A stretch of DNA of 64,000 nucleotides from Solirubrobacterales bacterium (GTDB taxonomy: Bacteria > Actinomycetota > Thermoleophilia > Solirubrobacterales > 70-9). The first letter of the stretch is position 1. The number at the start of each line of letters is the position of its first letter. The stretch spans positions 23,732 to 87,731 of the forward strand of contig DATBFS010000128.1 in NCBI GenBank assembly GCA_036558385.1. Direction: 5' to 3'. The translations under genes were made by a program, and so were the position numbers. This document shows, piece after piece, positions 35,891 through 46,117 of this stretch. The notes beneath the pieces were generated by a model. It was not told the origin of the DNA. It did no database searches and saw only the letters and a program-made list of their open reading frames with translations.

Positions 35891-38179
35891 GTGGGCCCCG
35901 AGACCGACCTGAAGCCGATTGCTCCCGGCGCGACGCAGGTCGAGCGCCTGCTCGCGGACCTGAATCCGCCGCAGCGCGAGGCGGTCACCCATGGCGCCGG
36001 GCCCCTGCTGGTCCTGGCGGGCGCCGGCTCGGGCAAGACCCGAGTCCTGACCTATCGGATCGCCTTTCTCCTGGCCACCGGCCAGGCACTGCCCTCCGAG
36101 GTGCTCGCGATCACCTTCACGAACAAAGCCGCCGCCGAGATGCGCGAACGGGTCGAGCGGCTGGTCGGGGGCGTCTCGCGCGTGATGTGGGTGATGACGT
36201 TCCACTCGGCCTGCGCGCGGATCCTGCGTGCCGACGCGCAGCGCCTCGGCTATCGACGCGCCTTCACGATCTACGACGAGGCTGACTCGCTGCGCATGGT
36301 GAAGCGCTGCATCGAGGAGCTCGGAGTGGACCCGAAGCGCTTCCCCCCACGCGCCGTCCGCTCCCAGATCTCGGGGGCGAAGAACCAACTCCTCGATGCC
36401 GAGGAGTATGCGGAACCTGGCAGCGACCGCACGGCGCCCGGAGGCGAAGCCTCCGAGGCCGGGCGCAGTCATTTCGAGCAGACGGTGGCCGACGTCTACC
36501 GCCTGTATGAGCGGCGGATGCTCGAGGCCAACGCGATGGACTTCGACGACCTTCTCGTGCGCACGGTGAACCTCCTCGAGCTGTTCGAGGACGTGCGCGA
36601 GCGCTACCGCCGCGCCTTTCGGTGGGTCCTCGTGGACGAGTACCAGGACACGAATCGCGCCCAGTACCGGCTGCTCCAGCTCCTCTCGGAGGAGCACGGG
36701 AACCTGTTCGTGGTCGGGGACGACTTTCAGTCCATCTACTCGTTCAGGAACGCCGACATCCGCAACATCCTCGAGTTCGAGCGCGACTTCGCCGACACCA
36801 CGGTCGTCAAGCTCGAGCAGAACTATCGATCCACCCAGACCATCCTGGACGCGGCCAACGGGGTCATCTCCAACAATCGCGGCCAGAAGCCGAAGCGCCT
36901 GTGGACCGACGCGGGCCGCGGCGAGCCCGTGACCCTCGCGGAGTTCGACGACGAGCACACCGAGGCCCGTTACGTCGCCGCCGAGATCGAGCGCCTCTCC
37001 AGCGAGGAGGAGATCCCGAGGGACGAGATCGCGGTCTTCTACCGCGTCAATGCCCAGAGCCGGGTGCTGGAGGACACCCTGGTGCGGTTCGAGGTTCCCT
37101 ACCAGGTCATCGGCGGGACGAAGTTCTACGAGCGGGCCGAGATCAAGGACGCCGTCGCCTACCTGAGCCTGCTGGCGAACCCGGCCGACGCCGTGTCCTT
37201 CGCGCGCATCGTGAACTCCCCGCGCCGCGGGATCGGCGACACCACCCAGGCGCGCCTGCTCTCCCACGCCAACACGACGGGACAGGACATCTGGGAGGTC
37301 TTCTCCGAGCCGGAGCGCACGCCCGGCCTCGGCGCCGCCGCGGTCCGCGCCGTGGGCAGGTTCGGCGAGCTCATGCGCGCCCTGCGCGAGCGCGTCGATC
37401 CCGTCGACCCCTCGGCGTCGGTGGCGGAGCTTTTGCGCGCGGTCCTCACCGAGAGCGGATACCTGGACGCGCTCGGGGCAGAGCGGACGATCGAGGCGGA
37501 GGGGAGGGCCGAGAACCTCGAGGAGCTCGTCAGCGTGGCGGCCGAGTTCGACGCCAATCGCGAGCTCGAGGGCGAGGGCGAGGCCGGCCCCCTGGAGGAG
37601 TTCCTGGCCCAGATCTCCCTGTACACCGAGCAGGACTCCCTGCAGGACGACGAGCCGGTCTGCACCCTCATGACCCTTCACAACGCCAAGGGCCTCGAGT
37701 ACGGGGCGGTGTTCATGATCGGCTGCGAGGAGGGGGTGTTCCCGCACATGCGCTCCATCGAGGAGGGCAACCTCGAGGAGGAGCGACGCCTCTGTTACGT
37801 CGGCGTCACCAGGGCGAAGCAGCGGCTCTACATGAGCTTCGCGCGGCGGAGAAGCCTGCACGGCGGCCGCGGCTACAACCTCCCCTCGCGCTTCGTCGGC
37901 GAGATCCCCGAGGAGCTCGTCGAGCGCCAGGGCTCGGCGTCGCCGACCGGCTGGGCCACCACCGCGCTCGGTGGTGACGCGGGCCCGTCCCCCGAACGGC
38001 GCGCCCCCCACGCGGTCCCGCTCGACTTCGGGGTCGGCGACGACGTCGTCCACGCGACCTTCGGGGAGGGGGTGGTGATCGGCGTGGAGCCCGGCAACGT
38101 CCTCGTGGTGCGCTTCGCGACCGAGACCGCCGAGCGCAAGCTGATGGCCGACTACGCGCCCCTGCGCAGGCTGGGATAG
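35891..38179 (+). CDS. pcrA: ATP-dependent DNA helicase, UvrD/PcrA family
   Basis: LNPPQREAV...[19 protein letters not shown] (Walker A), VDEYQDTN, and [13 protein letters not shown]...VGVTRA are the SF1 helicase motifs. 762 aa. Confidence 0.9.
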   Translation: MGPETDLKPIAPGATQVERLLADLNPPQREAVTHGAGPLLVLAGAGSGKTRVLTYRIAFLLATGQALPSEVLAITFTNKAAAEMRERVERLVGGVSRVMWVMTFHSACARILRADAQRLGYRRAFTIYDEADSLRMVKRCIEELGVDPKRFPPRAVRSQISGAKNQLLDAEEYAEPGSDRTAPGGEASEAGRSHFEQTVADVYRLYERRMLEANAMDFDDLLVRTVNLLELFEDVRERYRRAFRWVLVDEYQDTNRAQYRLLQLLSEEHGNLFVVGDDFQSIYSFRNADIRNILEFERDFADTTVVKLEQNYRSTQTILDAANGVISNNRGQKPKRLWTDAGRGEPVTLAEFDDEHTEARYVAAEIERLSSEEEIPRDEIAVFYRVNAQSRVLEDTLVRFEVPYQVIGGTKFYERAEIKDAVAYLSLLANPADAVSFARIVNSPRRGIGDTTQARLLSHANTTGQDIWEVFSEPERTPGLGAAAVRAVGRFGELMRALRERVDPVDPSASVAELLRAVLTESGYLDALGAERTIEAEGRAENLEELVSVAAEFDANRELEGEGEAGPLEEFLAQISLYTEQDSLQDDEPVCTLMTLHNAKGLEYGAVFMIGCEEGVFPHMRSIEEGNLEEERRLCYVGVTRAKQRLYMSFARRRSLHGGRGYNLPSRFVGEIPEELVERQGSASPTGWATTALGGDAGPSPERRAPHAVPLDFGVGDDVVHATFGEGVVIGVEPGNVLVVRFATETAERKLMADYAPLRRLG

Positions 38180-38217
38180 GTGCCCGCCGTCGCCCAGCCA
38201 CGCCGCGCGCGAGGCGG

Positions 38218-39072
38218 ATGAGCGCCACGGTCATCGACGGCAAGGCGGTCGCCGCCGAGGTGCGCGGGCGGGTCGCCGCCGAGGTGCGCGAGTTCGCGGC
38301 GACGAGCTCCGATCGGGTCCCCGGTCTCGCCACGGTGCTCGTCGGGGACGATCCCCCGTCCCACGTCTACGTGCGCAACAAGCGCAAGAGCACCGAGGAG
38401 GTCGGGATGCGCTCGATCCACCACGGGCTCGATGCCTCGACCCCGCAACCGGAGCTCCTGGAGCTGGTGGGCGCGCTGAACGACGACGACGACGTCGACG
38501 GGATCCTGGTCCAGCTCCCGCTCCCCGAGCACATCGACCAGGACGCGGTGGTCGCCGCGATCGACCCGGCCAAGGACGTCGACGGGCTGACGGCGGGAAG
38601 CGCCGGCCTGCTCGCCCAGGGGCGACCCGGCCTCGTGCCATGCACGCCCCAGGGGGTGATGGAGCTGCTCGCCCACGTCGGCGTCGAGCCAGAGGGCGCG
38701 GAGGCGATCGTGGTCGGGCGATCGATCCTGGTCGGCCGGCCGGTGGCGAGTCTGCTCGTGAACGCGAACGCCACCGTGACCGTCTGTCACTCGCGCACCC
38801 GTGACCTGGCGGCCGTCTGCCGCCGGGCGGACATCCTCGTGGCCGCGGTGGGCTCGCCCGAGCTGATCCGGGGCGACTGGGTGAAGCCCGGCGGCGCGGT
38901 GATCGACGTGGGCATGAATCGCACCGAGGAGGGGCTGGTCGGCGACGTGGACTTCGCCGCCGCGAGCGAGGTCGCCGGGGCGATCACGCCCGTCCCTGGC
39001 GGCGTCGGCCCGATGACGATCGCGATGCTCCTTCAGAACACGCTGCGGGCCGCCCGTGCGCGGCGCGCTTGA
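38218..39072 (+). CDS. folD: Bifunctional methylenetetrahydrofolate dehydrogenase / methenyl-THF cyclohydrolase
   Basis: [11 protein letters not shown]...[22 protein letters not shown]...GILVQLPLP...[11 protein letters not shown]...[11 protein letters not shown]...[11 protein letters not shown] is the canonical FolD pattern. Confidence 0.95.
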   Translation: MSATVIDGKAVAAEVRGRVAAEVREFAATSSDRVPGLATVLVGDDPPSHVYVRNKRKSTEEVGMRSIHHGLDASTPQPELLELVGALNDDDDVDGILVQLPLPEHIDQDAVVAAIDPAKDVDGLTAGSAGLLAQGRPGLVPCTPQGVMELLAHVGVEPEGAEAIVVGRSILVGRPVASLLVNANATVTVCHSRTRDLAAVCRRADILVAAVGSPELIRGDWVKPGGAVIDVGMNRTEEGLVGDVDFAAASEVAGAITPVPGGVGPMTIAMLLQNTLRAARARRA

Positions 39073-39230
39073 GTGCACGCTGGGAGCTGTCGATAGCTGT
39101 TCCATCCGACGGATCTGCGATACAGGCAGCGCTCCGCGCAGCCTGAGGGGGACGGTTCGCCGTGCTCTCGCAGGAGCGGTGGCGTGAAATTCACCGACAA
39201 CGCACGAAGTCACCCATAAGAGGAGGGTCT

Positions 39231-39815
39231 ATGGACTTCACCAGGCTCAATCAGGGCGAGAAGGTCGCGGGTGTATCCGGGATCCTCCTGATCCTGATCA
39301 TGTTCATCTTCAAGTGGTTCGGGCTCAAGGCCAGCGTGGGCGTCACGGGCATCTCGATCGTGAACGCGGAGGTCACGCGGAACGCCTGGGGCTCCTACGG
39401 GTTCATCGACATCGTCCTGTTCATCACGGCGCTCGCAGCGATCGGGCTGGCGCTCTTGGCGGCATCCGAGGGCGACGTCGGCCTGCCCGTGGCCGCGAGC
39501 GCCATCGTCGCCGGCCTCGGCATCCTCTCGGTCGTCCTGGTGATCATCAGCATCATCAGCCCGCCGGACTTCGGCGTGGATGTCTCGGGCGCCGGGATCG
39601 ACCACACGCGGAAGATCGGCGTATGGCTCGGGCTGATCGCCTCTGCCGCGGTGGCCGTCGGGGGATACATGGCGATGCAGGAAGAGGGGACCTCCTTCGG
39701 CGACGAGGCAGGGCGCTTCGGCGGCGGCGGTGGAGGCGATGTGGGCGCCGGATCGCCGCCCCCACCTCCGTCCTCGACTCCGCCCCCGTCCAGCCCACCC
39801 CCGTCGAACCCATAG
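39231..39815 (+). CDS. Hypothetical 4-TM membrane protein with a Gly- and Pro-rich C-terminal tail (paralog 1)
   Basis: The ATG at 39231 is preceded by AAGAGGAGGG. It shares the N-terminal LNxGEKxAGVSGxLLIxIMF, ISIISPP and HxRKIGVWLGL...VAVGGYMA blocks with the next gene. Confidence 0.7.
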   Translation: MDFTRLNQGEKVAGVSGILLILIMFIFKWFGLKASVGVTGISIVNAEVTRNAWGSYGFIDIVLFITALAAIGLALLAASEGDVGLPVAASAIVAGLGILSVVLVIISIISPPDFGVDVSGAGIDHTRKIGVWLGLIASAAVAVGGYMAMQEEGTSFGDEAGRFGGGGGGDVGAGSPPPPPSSTPPPSSPPPSNP

Positions 39816-39918
39816 CGCATTCCGGGGCTTCTGCCCCGACCGGATCGTGAGCGACGGCCGCCTCTGGCGGCCGTCGCTTCTTCGCGGTGCGATCCCGTCT
39901 GGGTAGGATCGTCGGCCG

Positions 39919-40377
39919 ATGGACATGAGTTGGCTGAATCGAGGCGAGAAGATCGCGGGCGTCTCCGGCGCGCTTCTGATCGTGATCATGTTCGTCTTCC
40001 CGTGGTTCGCCGTCAAGCTCGGGGCCGGCGTCGTGGCGCTGCCGAACGAGCGAACGCGGGACGCCTGGAGCTCCTACGGCTTCACGGACGTCGTTCTCCT
40101 CGTCACGGCCGTGGCGGCGATCGGGCTGGTCCTGCTGGCCGCCGCGGGGAGGAGCCGGCCGACGCTCGCGAGCTCGCTCGTGGCCGGCCTCGGCCTGGCC
40201 TCCGTCGTCCTCGTGGTGATCAGCATCATCAGCCCGCCCACCCTTGGCTTCGCCTCCGGCCCCGGCATCGAGCACTCGCGCAAGATCGGGGTGTGGCTCG
40301 GCTTGCTTGCCGCCCTCGGGGTCGCCGTGGGCGGCTACATGGCGGCGCAGGAGGACGAGCCCTCCTCGGATCCTTAG
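39919..40377 (+). CDS. Hypothetical 4-TM membrane protein (paralog 2 of the upstream gene)
   Basis: 152 aa and collinear with 39231..39815 across all conserved blocks. It lacks the Pro-rich tail. Confidence 0.7.
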   Translation: MDMSWLNRGEKIAGVSGALLIVIMFVFPWFAVKLGAGVVALPNERTRDAWSSYGFTDVVLLVTAVAAIGLVLLAAAGRSRPTLASSLVAGLGLASVVLVVISIISPPTLGFASGPGIEHSRKIGVWLGLLAALGVAVGGYMAAQEDEPSSDP

Positions 40378-40401
40378 CGGCCGCGCGGTCCCGTAGGCAA
40401 G

Positions 40402-42300
40402 CTAGTTCGACCGGTCGGCGAGCTGGCGCGCCACGCGGGCGGCCATCGCGATGATCGTCATCATCGGGTTGACCCCGATCGAGCTCGGCAGCAGGCTGCC
40501 GTCGGCGACGTAGAGGGCCTCGGCTCCGTGCACCGCGCCGTCGGTGCCGGCCACGCCCCGGCTCGGCTCCGCGTCCATCCGGGCGGTTCCCATCGGATGG
40601 AACGCCTCGAGGCGAAGCGCCGAGGGGCCGGGGGGAGATGCCTCGAGCTCATCGATCTTGTCCTTGGCCAACGTCGGGACCCCCGCGAGCTGCGGATACA
40701 CCTCGCTGGCGCCGGCGGCATAGAGCAGCTCGGCCGCGCGCGCGATGCCGTAGACGAGCCGCGCTCCGTCGTCCTTCGTGAGCCGGTAGGTCACCCTCAG
40801 TGAGCCGTCGCGGCCGAGCCCGACGCGTCCGGTGGAGCGGTCGGACAGGTGGACGCCGGTCGAGGCGATCCGATCGTAGGCCTGGACCCGCTCCTGATGC
40901 TCGATCCCGGTTCCGGGTAGCCACTGCGCGCCGAACGCAAGCGGCGTGAACGTGGCCTCGAGCAGGAGACCGCGGTCCTCCCACTCGCGCACGGCGTAGC
41001 TCTGCATCACGCCCTCCCAGCCGCGGACCTCCTCGGCGAAGCGGGCTCCCACCCAGCAGGCGGGGTGGATCCGCAGATTGCGGCCGAGCTCGCCGCCCGG
41101 CGAGCGAAATCCCGAGCGCAGAAGGAGCTCCGGGGTGCCGAAGGCGCCGCCAGCGAGGACCACGGCTCGGCGAGCCCGGACCCGGAACCGCCGCGCCCTG
41201 CCGTTCACGCGAGCAAGGCAGTCGACGGCGACCGCGCGGGCGCCCTCGAACGCGATCGCCTGCGCCTCCGTCTCGGCTCGCACGCGGGCCCCGGCGGCGA
41301 CGGCCCGGGGGAGGTATGAGACGTGCATCGCGCGCTTGGCGTCAAGCCGGCAACCCGCCGGACACGAGCTGCACTGGTGGCAGCGGCCCGCGTTTCTTCG
41401 CAGAGGCTCGTGTCGCACCCCGAGCGCCTCCGCGCCGTCGCGCAGGAGCTGGCCGTTTCGGCCCATCCGCTCCGGGTCCACCGGCTCGACGTGGAGCATC
41501 TCCTCGGCCGCCTCGTATTCCGCGTCGAGCTCGGCGGCCCACCCGATTCCGTGCTCGTAGGCCCACCGCGAGAGCACGGCTTCGGGCGCCCGGAAGCACG
41601 TGCCCGAGTTGATCACGGTCGTCCCGCCGACCGCTCTGCCGACCGGGGTGGGGATCGCGGGACGGCCCTCGGCGATCGTCAGGCCGCCGTCCCGATAAAG
41701 CGCCTCGAGGGCGGCCAGCGGCTCCTCCGGGTAGCTGCGACGGTCCAGATGGCGGCCCGCCTCGATCACGACGACGTCGAGCCCCGCCTCGGCGAGCACG
41801 GTCGCGGTGACGGCGCCCCCGGCCCCCGAGCCGACGATGACCACGTCGCAGTCCTCGCCGCCGATCTGGGGTCGGAGGTCGCCGAGCGGCGGCGCCCCGC
41901 CATTGGGCGAGGGGCGATCGGCAACCTCGCACCTCATCTCGTAGCCCACCGCCGCGTGGACCCGCGGGTCGTTCCCGTACCCGAGCCCGGCGAGGACCTT
42001 GAGGAAGAGCAACAGGTCCGGCACGAAGGGCAGGCCGGACCCCTCGAGCCTACGCAGGTAGTCCTGGCGCGCCTCGAGGCTCGCGCGGCTGAAGCGCCAT
42101 GGGAAGGGCAGCCAGTCGAGCACTCGGAGCGCAAGGCGCACCTGCCTGACGTTGCGCCGGGGAAGCGAGCCCAGGTACCGGTCGATCGGCTCGGCGACCT
42201 CGACCGCATCCGGGCTTCCCTTGCGCCCGGGCCCAGCGGCCGCCGGCAGCCTTCCGAACCCAGGGGCCATGGCCTCGGCGAAGGCGCGAAGGACCCGCAT
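40402..42300 (-). CDS. GMC-family FAD-dependent oxidoreductase with an N-terminal extension (long-chain alcohol oxidase-like architecture)
   Basis: DVVIVGSGAGGAVTATVLAEAGLDVVVIEAG is the FAD-binding GxGxxG motif. The C-terminal GMC region is GTARMD...GAEALYVADGSLLPSSIGVNPMMTI. A roughly 130-aa N-terminal domain precedes the FAD motif. Confidence 0.8.
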   Translation of the reverse strand: MRVLRAFAEAMAPGFGRLPAAAGPGRKGSPDAVEVAEPIDRYLGSLPRRNVRQVRLALRVLDWLPFPWRFSRASLEARQDYLRRLEGSGLPFVPDLLLFLKVLAGLGYGNDPRVHAAVGYEMRCEVADRPSPNGGAPPLGDLRPQIGGEDCDVVIVGSGAGGAVTATVLAEAGLDVVVIEAGRHLDRRSYPEEPLAALEALYRDGGLTIAEGRPAIPTPVGRAVGGTTVINSGTCFRAPEAVLSRWAYEHGIGWAAELDAEYEAAEEMLHVEPVDPERMGRNGQLLRDGAEALGVRHEPLRRNAGRCHQCSSCPAGCRLDAKRAMHVSYLPRAVAAGARVRAETEAQAIAFEGARAVAVDCLARVNGRARRFRVRARRAVVLAGGAFGTPELLLRSGFRSPGGELGRNLRIHPACWVGARFAEEVRGWEGVMQSYAVREWEDRGLLLEATFTPLAFGAQWLPGTGIEHQERVQAYDRIASTGVHLSDRSTGRVGLGRDGSLRVTYRLTKDDGARLVYGIARAAELLYAAGASEVYPQLAGVPTLAKDKIDELEASPPGPSALRLEAFHPMGTARMDAEPSRGVAGTDGAVHGAEALYVADGSLLPSSIGVNPMMTIIAMAARVARQLADRSN

Positions 42301-42304
42301 CTCG

Positions 42305-42332
42305 GACGGTCGAAGTCGCGACTTCGACCGTC
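42305..42332. other. Perfect 28-nt palindrome between two minus-strand genes (possible terminator or operator)
   Basis: GACGGTCGAAGTCG|CGACTTCGACCGTC lies 4 nt upstream of the GMC oxidoreductase start codon (42300) and 43 nt downstream of the stop at 42376. Confidence 0.4.
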
Positions 42333-42375
42333 GTCCGGCCTCCAGCTCAGCGGCGCCCGGCCCCGGCGGGGCCCT

Positions 42376-42819
42376 TCAGGAAGGGGCGGCCAGAGCGCCG
42401 ATCCGGCCCGCCACGGACCACAGCAGGAGCGAGACACCCACGAGAAATCCGTCGACCAGGAAGTTCAGCAGGTAGATGAAGACGTCGGAGTCGAAGACGT
42501 AAAAGCCCAGGGCGGCCAGCGAGGAGGCCGTCTTGCCGGCGGCGAGGACGAGCAGCAGCGGCCGGTACCGGGCCACGTCGGCCTGCACGACCAGGCAGAT
42601 GCCGGTGATCACGACCATGTAGGCGAACGCGAGCGCCAGCCAGAGCTTCTCGACCGTATCCGGGGCGGTGGTGAAGCTGCCGATGTCGTCGCCGAGATCG
42701 CTGATGACGTCGAGGACGCCGTTCGGCACCGCGATGAACAGGACCCCTACGATCGCGAAGCTGACCGCCAGGAGGCGGAGATTGAGGACCACGAATCGCT
42801 CCGCCCGCGCCCCGGTCAT
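42376..42819 (-). CDS. Hypothetical 4-TM membrane protein
   Basis: 147 aa, high GC3 and four hydrophobic segments. I recognise no family. Confidence 0.55.
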   Translation of the reverse strand: MTGARAERFVVLNLRLLAVSFAIVGVLFIAVPNGVLDVISDLGDDIGSFTTAPDTVEKLWLALAFAYMVVITGICLVVQADVARYRPLLLVLAAGKTASSLAALGFYVFDSDVFIYLLNFLVDGFLVGVSLLLWSVAGRIGALAAPS

Positions 42820-42876
42820 CGATCGGTGATCCTAACCTGCCGCGAGCGATCGCCTCGCTGTACCTAGAATCAGGCC

Positions 42877-43161
42877 GTGATCGATCGGGAGCAGGTCCTC
42901 CACGTGGCGCGGCTGGCAAGGCTGGCGCTCTCCGAGGAGGAGATCGAGCGGATGTCCGGCGAGCTGCCCGCGATCCTCGAGCACGTGGAGCGGATGAACG
43001 AGCTCGACCTCGAGGGCGTCGAGCCGACCTCGCACGTGGTGGCGCTCGAGAACGTGCTCCGGGCCGACGAGCCTCGCCCGAGCTGGGACCGCGACCGGGT
43101 CCTGGGGGACGCGCCCGACCCCTCTGACGGGGCGTTTCGCGTGCCGTCCCCGCAGGCGTGA
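42877..43161 (+). CDS. gatC: Asp-tRNA(Asn)/Glu-tRNA(Gln) amidotransferase subunit C
   Basis: VLHVARLARLALSEEEIERMSGELPAILEHVERMNELD is the GatC pattern. It overlaps the gatA start. Confidence 0.9.
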   Translation: MIDREQVLHVARLARLALSEEEIERMSGELPAILEHVERMNELDLEGVEPTSHVVALENVLRADEPRPSWDRDRVLGDAPDPSDGAFRVPSPQA

Positions 43162-44615
43162 GCGACCTCCTCGAGCTGACCGCCGCCCAGGCCGCGAGCG
43201 GGATCCAGGCGGGCGAGCTGAGCGCCGCCGAGTACCTGGCCTCCTATGCCGAGGCCGCGGCGGGCGAGGACCTGAATGCCTACCTGTGGACGCAGGTCCC
43301 CGAGACCGATGCGCGGGTTGCGGACGGCGAGGCTCCGCTGCGGGGGGTCCCGGTGGCGGTCAAGGACCTCTTCTGCACGCAGGACGTGCCGACCACGGCG
43401 GGCTCCAGGATCCTCGAGGGGTATCGCCCCCCCTACACGGCGACCGCCGTGCGGATGCTCCACGCGGCCGGCGGCGAGCTGCTCGGGAAGACCAACATGG
43501 ACGAGTTCGGGATGGGCTCCTCGAACGAGAACTCGGGCTACGGCGCGGTGGGCAACCCATGGGACCGAGAGCGGGTGCCCGGGGGCTCGTCCGGGGGCTC
43601 CGCGGCCGCCGTCGCCGCCCGTCTGGCCCCCTGTGCGATCGGCACCGACACCGGCGGCTCGATCCGCCAGCCCGCCTCGCTTTGCGGGATCGTCGGCTTG
43701 AAGCCCACCTACGGCGCGATCTCGCGCTACGGGATGATCGCCTTCGCCTCGTCGCTCGACCAGTGCGGCACCCTGACCCGTGACGTGACGGACGCGGCGC
43801 TGCTGCTGCGGGCGATGGAGGGGCGCGACGCCTGTGACTCCACCTCGGTTGGGATCGAGGGCGGCGTGGAGGCCCCGAGCCGCGAGGACCTCTCCGGGCT
43901 CAGCTTCGGCGTCCCCCGCGAGCTCTCGGCCGAGGCCGAGGGGATCGAGGCGGGGGTCGCGGCGGCCTTCGAGCGGGCGCTGGGAACTATTCGCGAGCTG
44001 GGGGGCGAGGTCGACGAATGCGAGCTCCCGAACTCGGCCCACGGCCTCTCGGCCTACTACGTGATCGCTCCGGCCGAGGCCTCGGCCAACCTGGCCCGCT
44101 ACGACGGCGTTCGCTTCGGCCTCAGGTCCGACGGCAACGCCGACCTGGTCGACATGTACGAGCGGACGCGGGAGGCCGGGTTCGGGGCCGAGGTGAAGCG
44201 CCGGATCATGCTGGGCACCTACGCGCTCTCCTCGGGCTACTACGACGCCTACTACGGCCGCGCCCAGCGGGTTCGCACGCGGATCGTGGAGGACTTCGCC
44301 GGCGCATTCGGGCGCTTCGACTTCCTGGTGACGCCCACCTCGCCGACGGTGGCGTTCGAGCTGGGGGCGAGGACGGCGGATCCGCTGGCGATGTACCTGT
44401 CCGACTACTGCACGGTGCCGATGTCGCTCGCGGGGATACCCGCGATCTCCATCCCCGCCGGGCTGGCGGAGCCCGACGGAGGAGGGCCGGAGCTGCCCGT
44501 GGGCTTGCAGATCGCGGCGCCCGCCTTCGCCGAGTCGCGGCTCTTGGACGCGGCATACGCGATCGAGCGCGGGATCGGGTTCGACGCGAAGCCGGGTGCG
44601 GGGGAGGGGGCATGA
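43158..44615 (+). CDS. gatA: Asp-tRNA(Asn)/Glu-tRNA(Gln) amidotransferase subunit A
   Basis: The amidase signature is GGSSGGSAAAVAARLAPCAIGTDTGGSIRQPA. The GTG start overlaps the gatC stop. Confidence 0.95.
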   Translation: MSDLLELTAAQAASGIQAGELSAAEYLASYAEAAAGEDLNAYLWTQVPETDARVADGEAPLRGVPVAVKDLFCTQDVPTTAGSRILEGYRPPYTATAVRMLHAAGGELLGKTNMDEFGMGSSNENSGYGAVGNPWDRERVPGGSSGGSAAAVAARLAPCAIGTDTGGSIRQPASLCGIVGLKPTYGAISRYGMIAFASSLDQCGTLTRDVTDAALLLRAMEGRDACDSTSVGIEGGVEAPSREDLSGLSFGVPRELSAEAEGIEAGVAAAFERALGTIRELGGEVDECELPNSAHGLSAYYVIAPAEASANLARYDGVRFGLRSDGNADLVDMYERTREAGFGAEVKRRIMLGTYALSSGYYDAYYGRAQRVRTRIVEDFAGAFGRFDFLVTPTSPTVAFELGARTADPLAMYLSDYCTVPMSLAGIPAISIPAGLAEPDGGGPELPVGLQIAAPAFAESRLLDAAYAIERGIGFDAKPGAGEGA

Positions 44616-46078
44616 GCGTGCCCGACGGATACGAGGCGGTGATCGGCCTCGAGATCCACGTGCAGCTGAGCACCCGGACGAAGATGTTCTGCGGCTGCGC
44701 GCTGTCCTTCGGTGACGAGCCGAACGTCCATACCTGTCCGATCTGCCTCTCCCACCCCGGGAGCCTGCCGGTCGTCAACGAGCGGGCCGTGCGCTATGCG
44801 CTGCAGATCGGCCTGGCGCTCGGCTGTGAGATCGCGCCGTGGTCGATCTTCCACCGCAAGAACTACTTCTACCCCGACAACCCGAAGGGCTACCAGATCA
44901 GCCAGTACGACATCCCGCTCGCCACCGCGGGGACGCTGGCGGGCGTCCGGGTCCATCGCGTCCACCTGGAGGAGGACGCCGCGAAGATGATCCACGTGGG
45001 GGAGTCGGGCCGCATCCACGGCTCGGCGTCCTCGCTCGTCGACTTCAATCGCGGTGGTACGCCGCTCGTGGAGATCGTCACCGAGCCGGACCTCCGCGAC
45101 GCCGGCCAGGCGCGCGAGTGGGCGCAGCTCCTGCGGACGACCGTCAAGCAGCTCGGCGTCTCGGACGTGAACATGGAGGAGGGGAGCCTGCGCTGCGACG
45201 CCAACGTCTCGATTCGCCCTGCGGGCGAAAAGGAGCTCGGAACGAAGACCGAGCTCAAGAACATGAACAGCTTTCGCTTCCTCGAGCGGGGGATCGCGGC
45301 GGAGCTCGAGCGCCAGCGCGCCGTGGTCGAGGCCGGGGGAGAGGTGGCGCAGGAGACGTTCCACTTCGACCCTCGTACCGGGTCTCTGACCCCTCTGCGC
45401 TCCAAGGAGTACGCGCACGACTACCGCTACTTCCCGGAGCCTGATCTCGTGCCGCTCGCGCCCACCGAGGAGATGCTCCGCGAGGCGCGCGAGGCGCTGC
45501 CGGAGCTTCCGGACGAGCGGCGCCACAGATATGAGAACGAGCTCGGCGTGCCCGAGGTCACCGCGCGCCAGCTCGCCTTCGACGCGGAGCTCGGCGAGTA
45601 CTTCGAGCGGGCGGTCCAGGCAGCGGCCGACGCGGGGGCGGCGGACGTCCCCGCCGCCGCGATCGCCAACTGGGTCACCGGGGAGCTGACCGCACGACTG
45701 CGAGAGTCCGGCGACGGGGAGGCCGGCCCCGGATCCTCGAAGGTCTCGCCGGATGCCCTCGCGAGGCTCGTGGGCATGGTCGAGGCCAAGCAGGTGACGA
45801 CCGGCGCCGCCCGCAAGGTCCTCGCCGCCCTGGTGGAGGGAGGCGGGGACCCGGCCGAGATCGTCGAGCGCGAGGGGCTGGGGCAGATGTCCGACGAGGG
45901 CGAGCTCGAGGCGATCGTCGAGCGGGCCATCGAGGCCCAGCCCGATGCCGCCGAGAGGGTCCGGTCGGGAAACCCCAAGGCGATCGGCCCGATCGTCGGC
46001 GCGGTCATGCGCGAGACGAAGGGCAGGGCAGACGGCGGCGATGTGACGCGGCTGATTCACGAGAAGCTCGGCGCCTAG
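44612..46078 (+). CDS. gatB: Asp-tRNA(Asn)/Glu-tRNA(Gln) amidotransferase subunit B
   Basis: The ATG at 44612 overlaps the gatA stop (ATGA). YEAVIGLEIHVQLSTRTKMFCGC...NVHTCPICLSHPGSLPV is the GatB N-terminal pattern. The upstream part of the tracked ORF is rejected. Confidence 0.95.
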   Translation: MSVPDGYEAVIGLEIHVQLSTRTKMFCGCALSFGDEPNVHTCPICLSHPGSLPVVNERAVRYALQIGLALGCEIAPWSIFHRKNYFYPDNPKGYQISQYDIPLATAGTLAGVRVHRVHLEEDAAKMIHVGESGRIHGSASSLVDFNRGGTPLVEIVTEPDLRDAGQAREWAQLLRTTVKQLGVSDVNMEEGSLRCDANVSIRPAGEKELGTKTELKNMNSFRFLERGIAAELERQRAVVEAGGEVAQETFHFDPRTGSLTPLRSKEYAHDYRYFPEPDLVPLAPTEEMLREAREALPELPDERRHRYENELGVPEVTARQLAFDAELGEYFERAVQAAADAGAADVPAAAIANWVTGELTARLRESGDGEAGPGSSKVSPDALARLVGMVEAKQVTTGAARKVLAALVEGGGDPAEIVEREGLGQMSDEGELEAIVERAIEAQPDAAERVRSGNPKAIGPIVGAVMRETKGRADGGDVTRLIHEKLGA

Positions 46079-46117
46079 GTGTCTCGCCCGGCCGACGGGG
46101 CGCGTCACAATTGGGGC

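Noticed and set aside
35651-38053. An 800-aa minus-strand ORF opposite pcrA
   Set aside because: It is the mirror frame of a helicase gene with all SF1 motifs. The translation is dominated by Arg/Gly/Ala/Leu/Asp and has no domain signatures.
39073-39230. The 158-nt leader upstream of the first tandem membrane-protein gene as a riboswitch
   Set aside because: I could not match it to any riboswitch consensus I know. Only short, weak inverted repeats are visible. It is left as a remark inside the tandem-paralog finding.
42830-42875. A possible fifth, inverted copy of the intergenic repeat (reverse complement reads CTAGG-n21-CGGCAGGTTAGGA)
   Set aside because: Only the short CTAGG and CGGCAGG words match, and the spacing is wrong. 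The AACTCCGCCG leader and the 19-nt-loop hairpin are absent. The match is consistent with chance.
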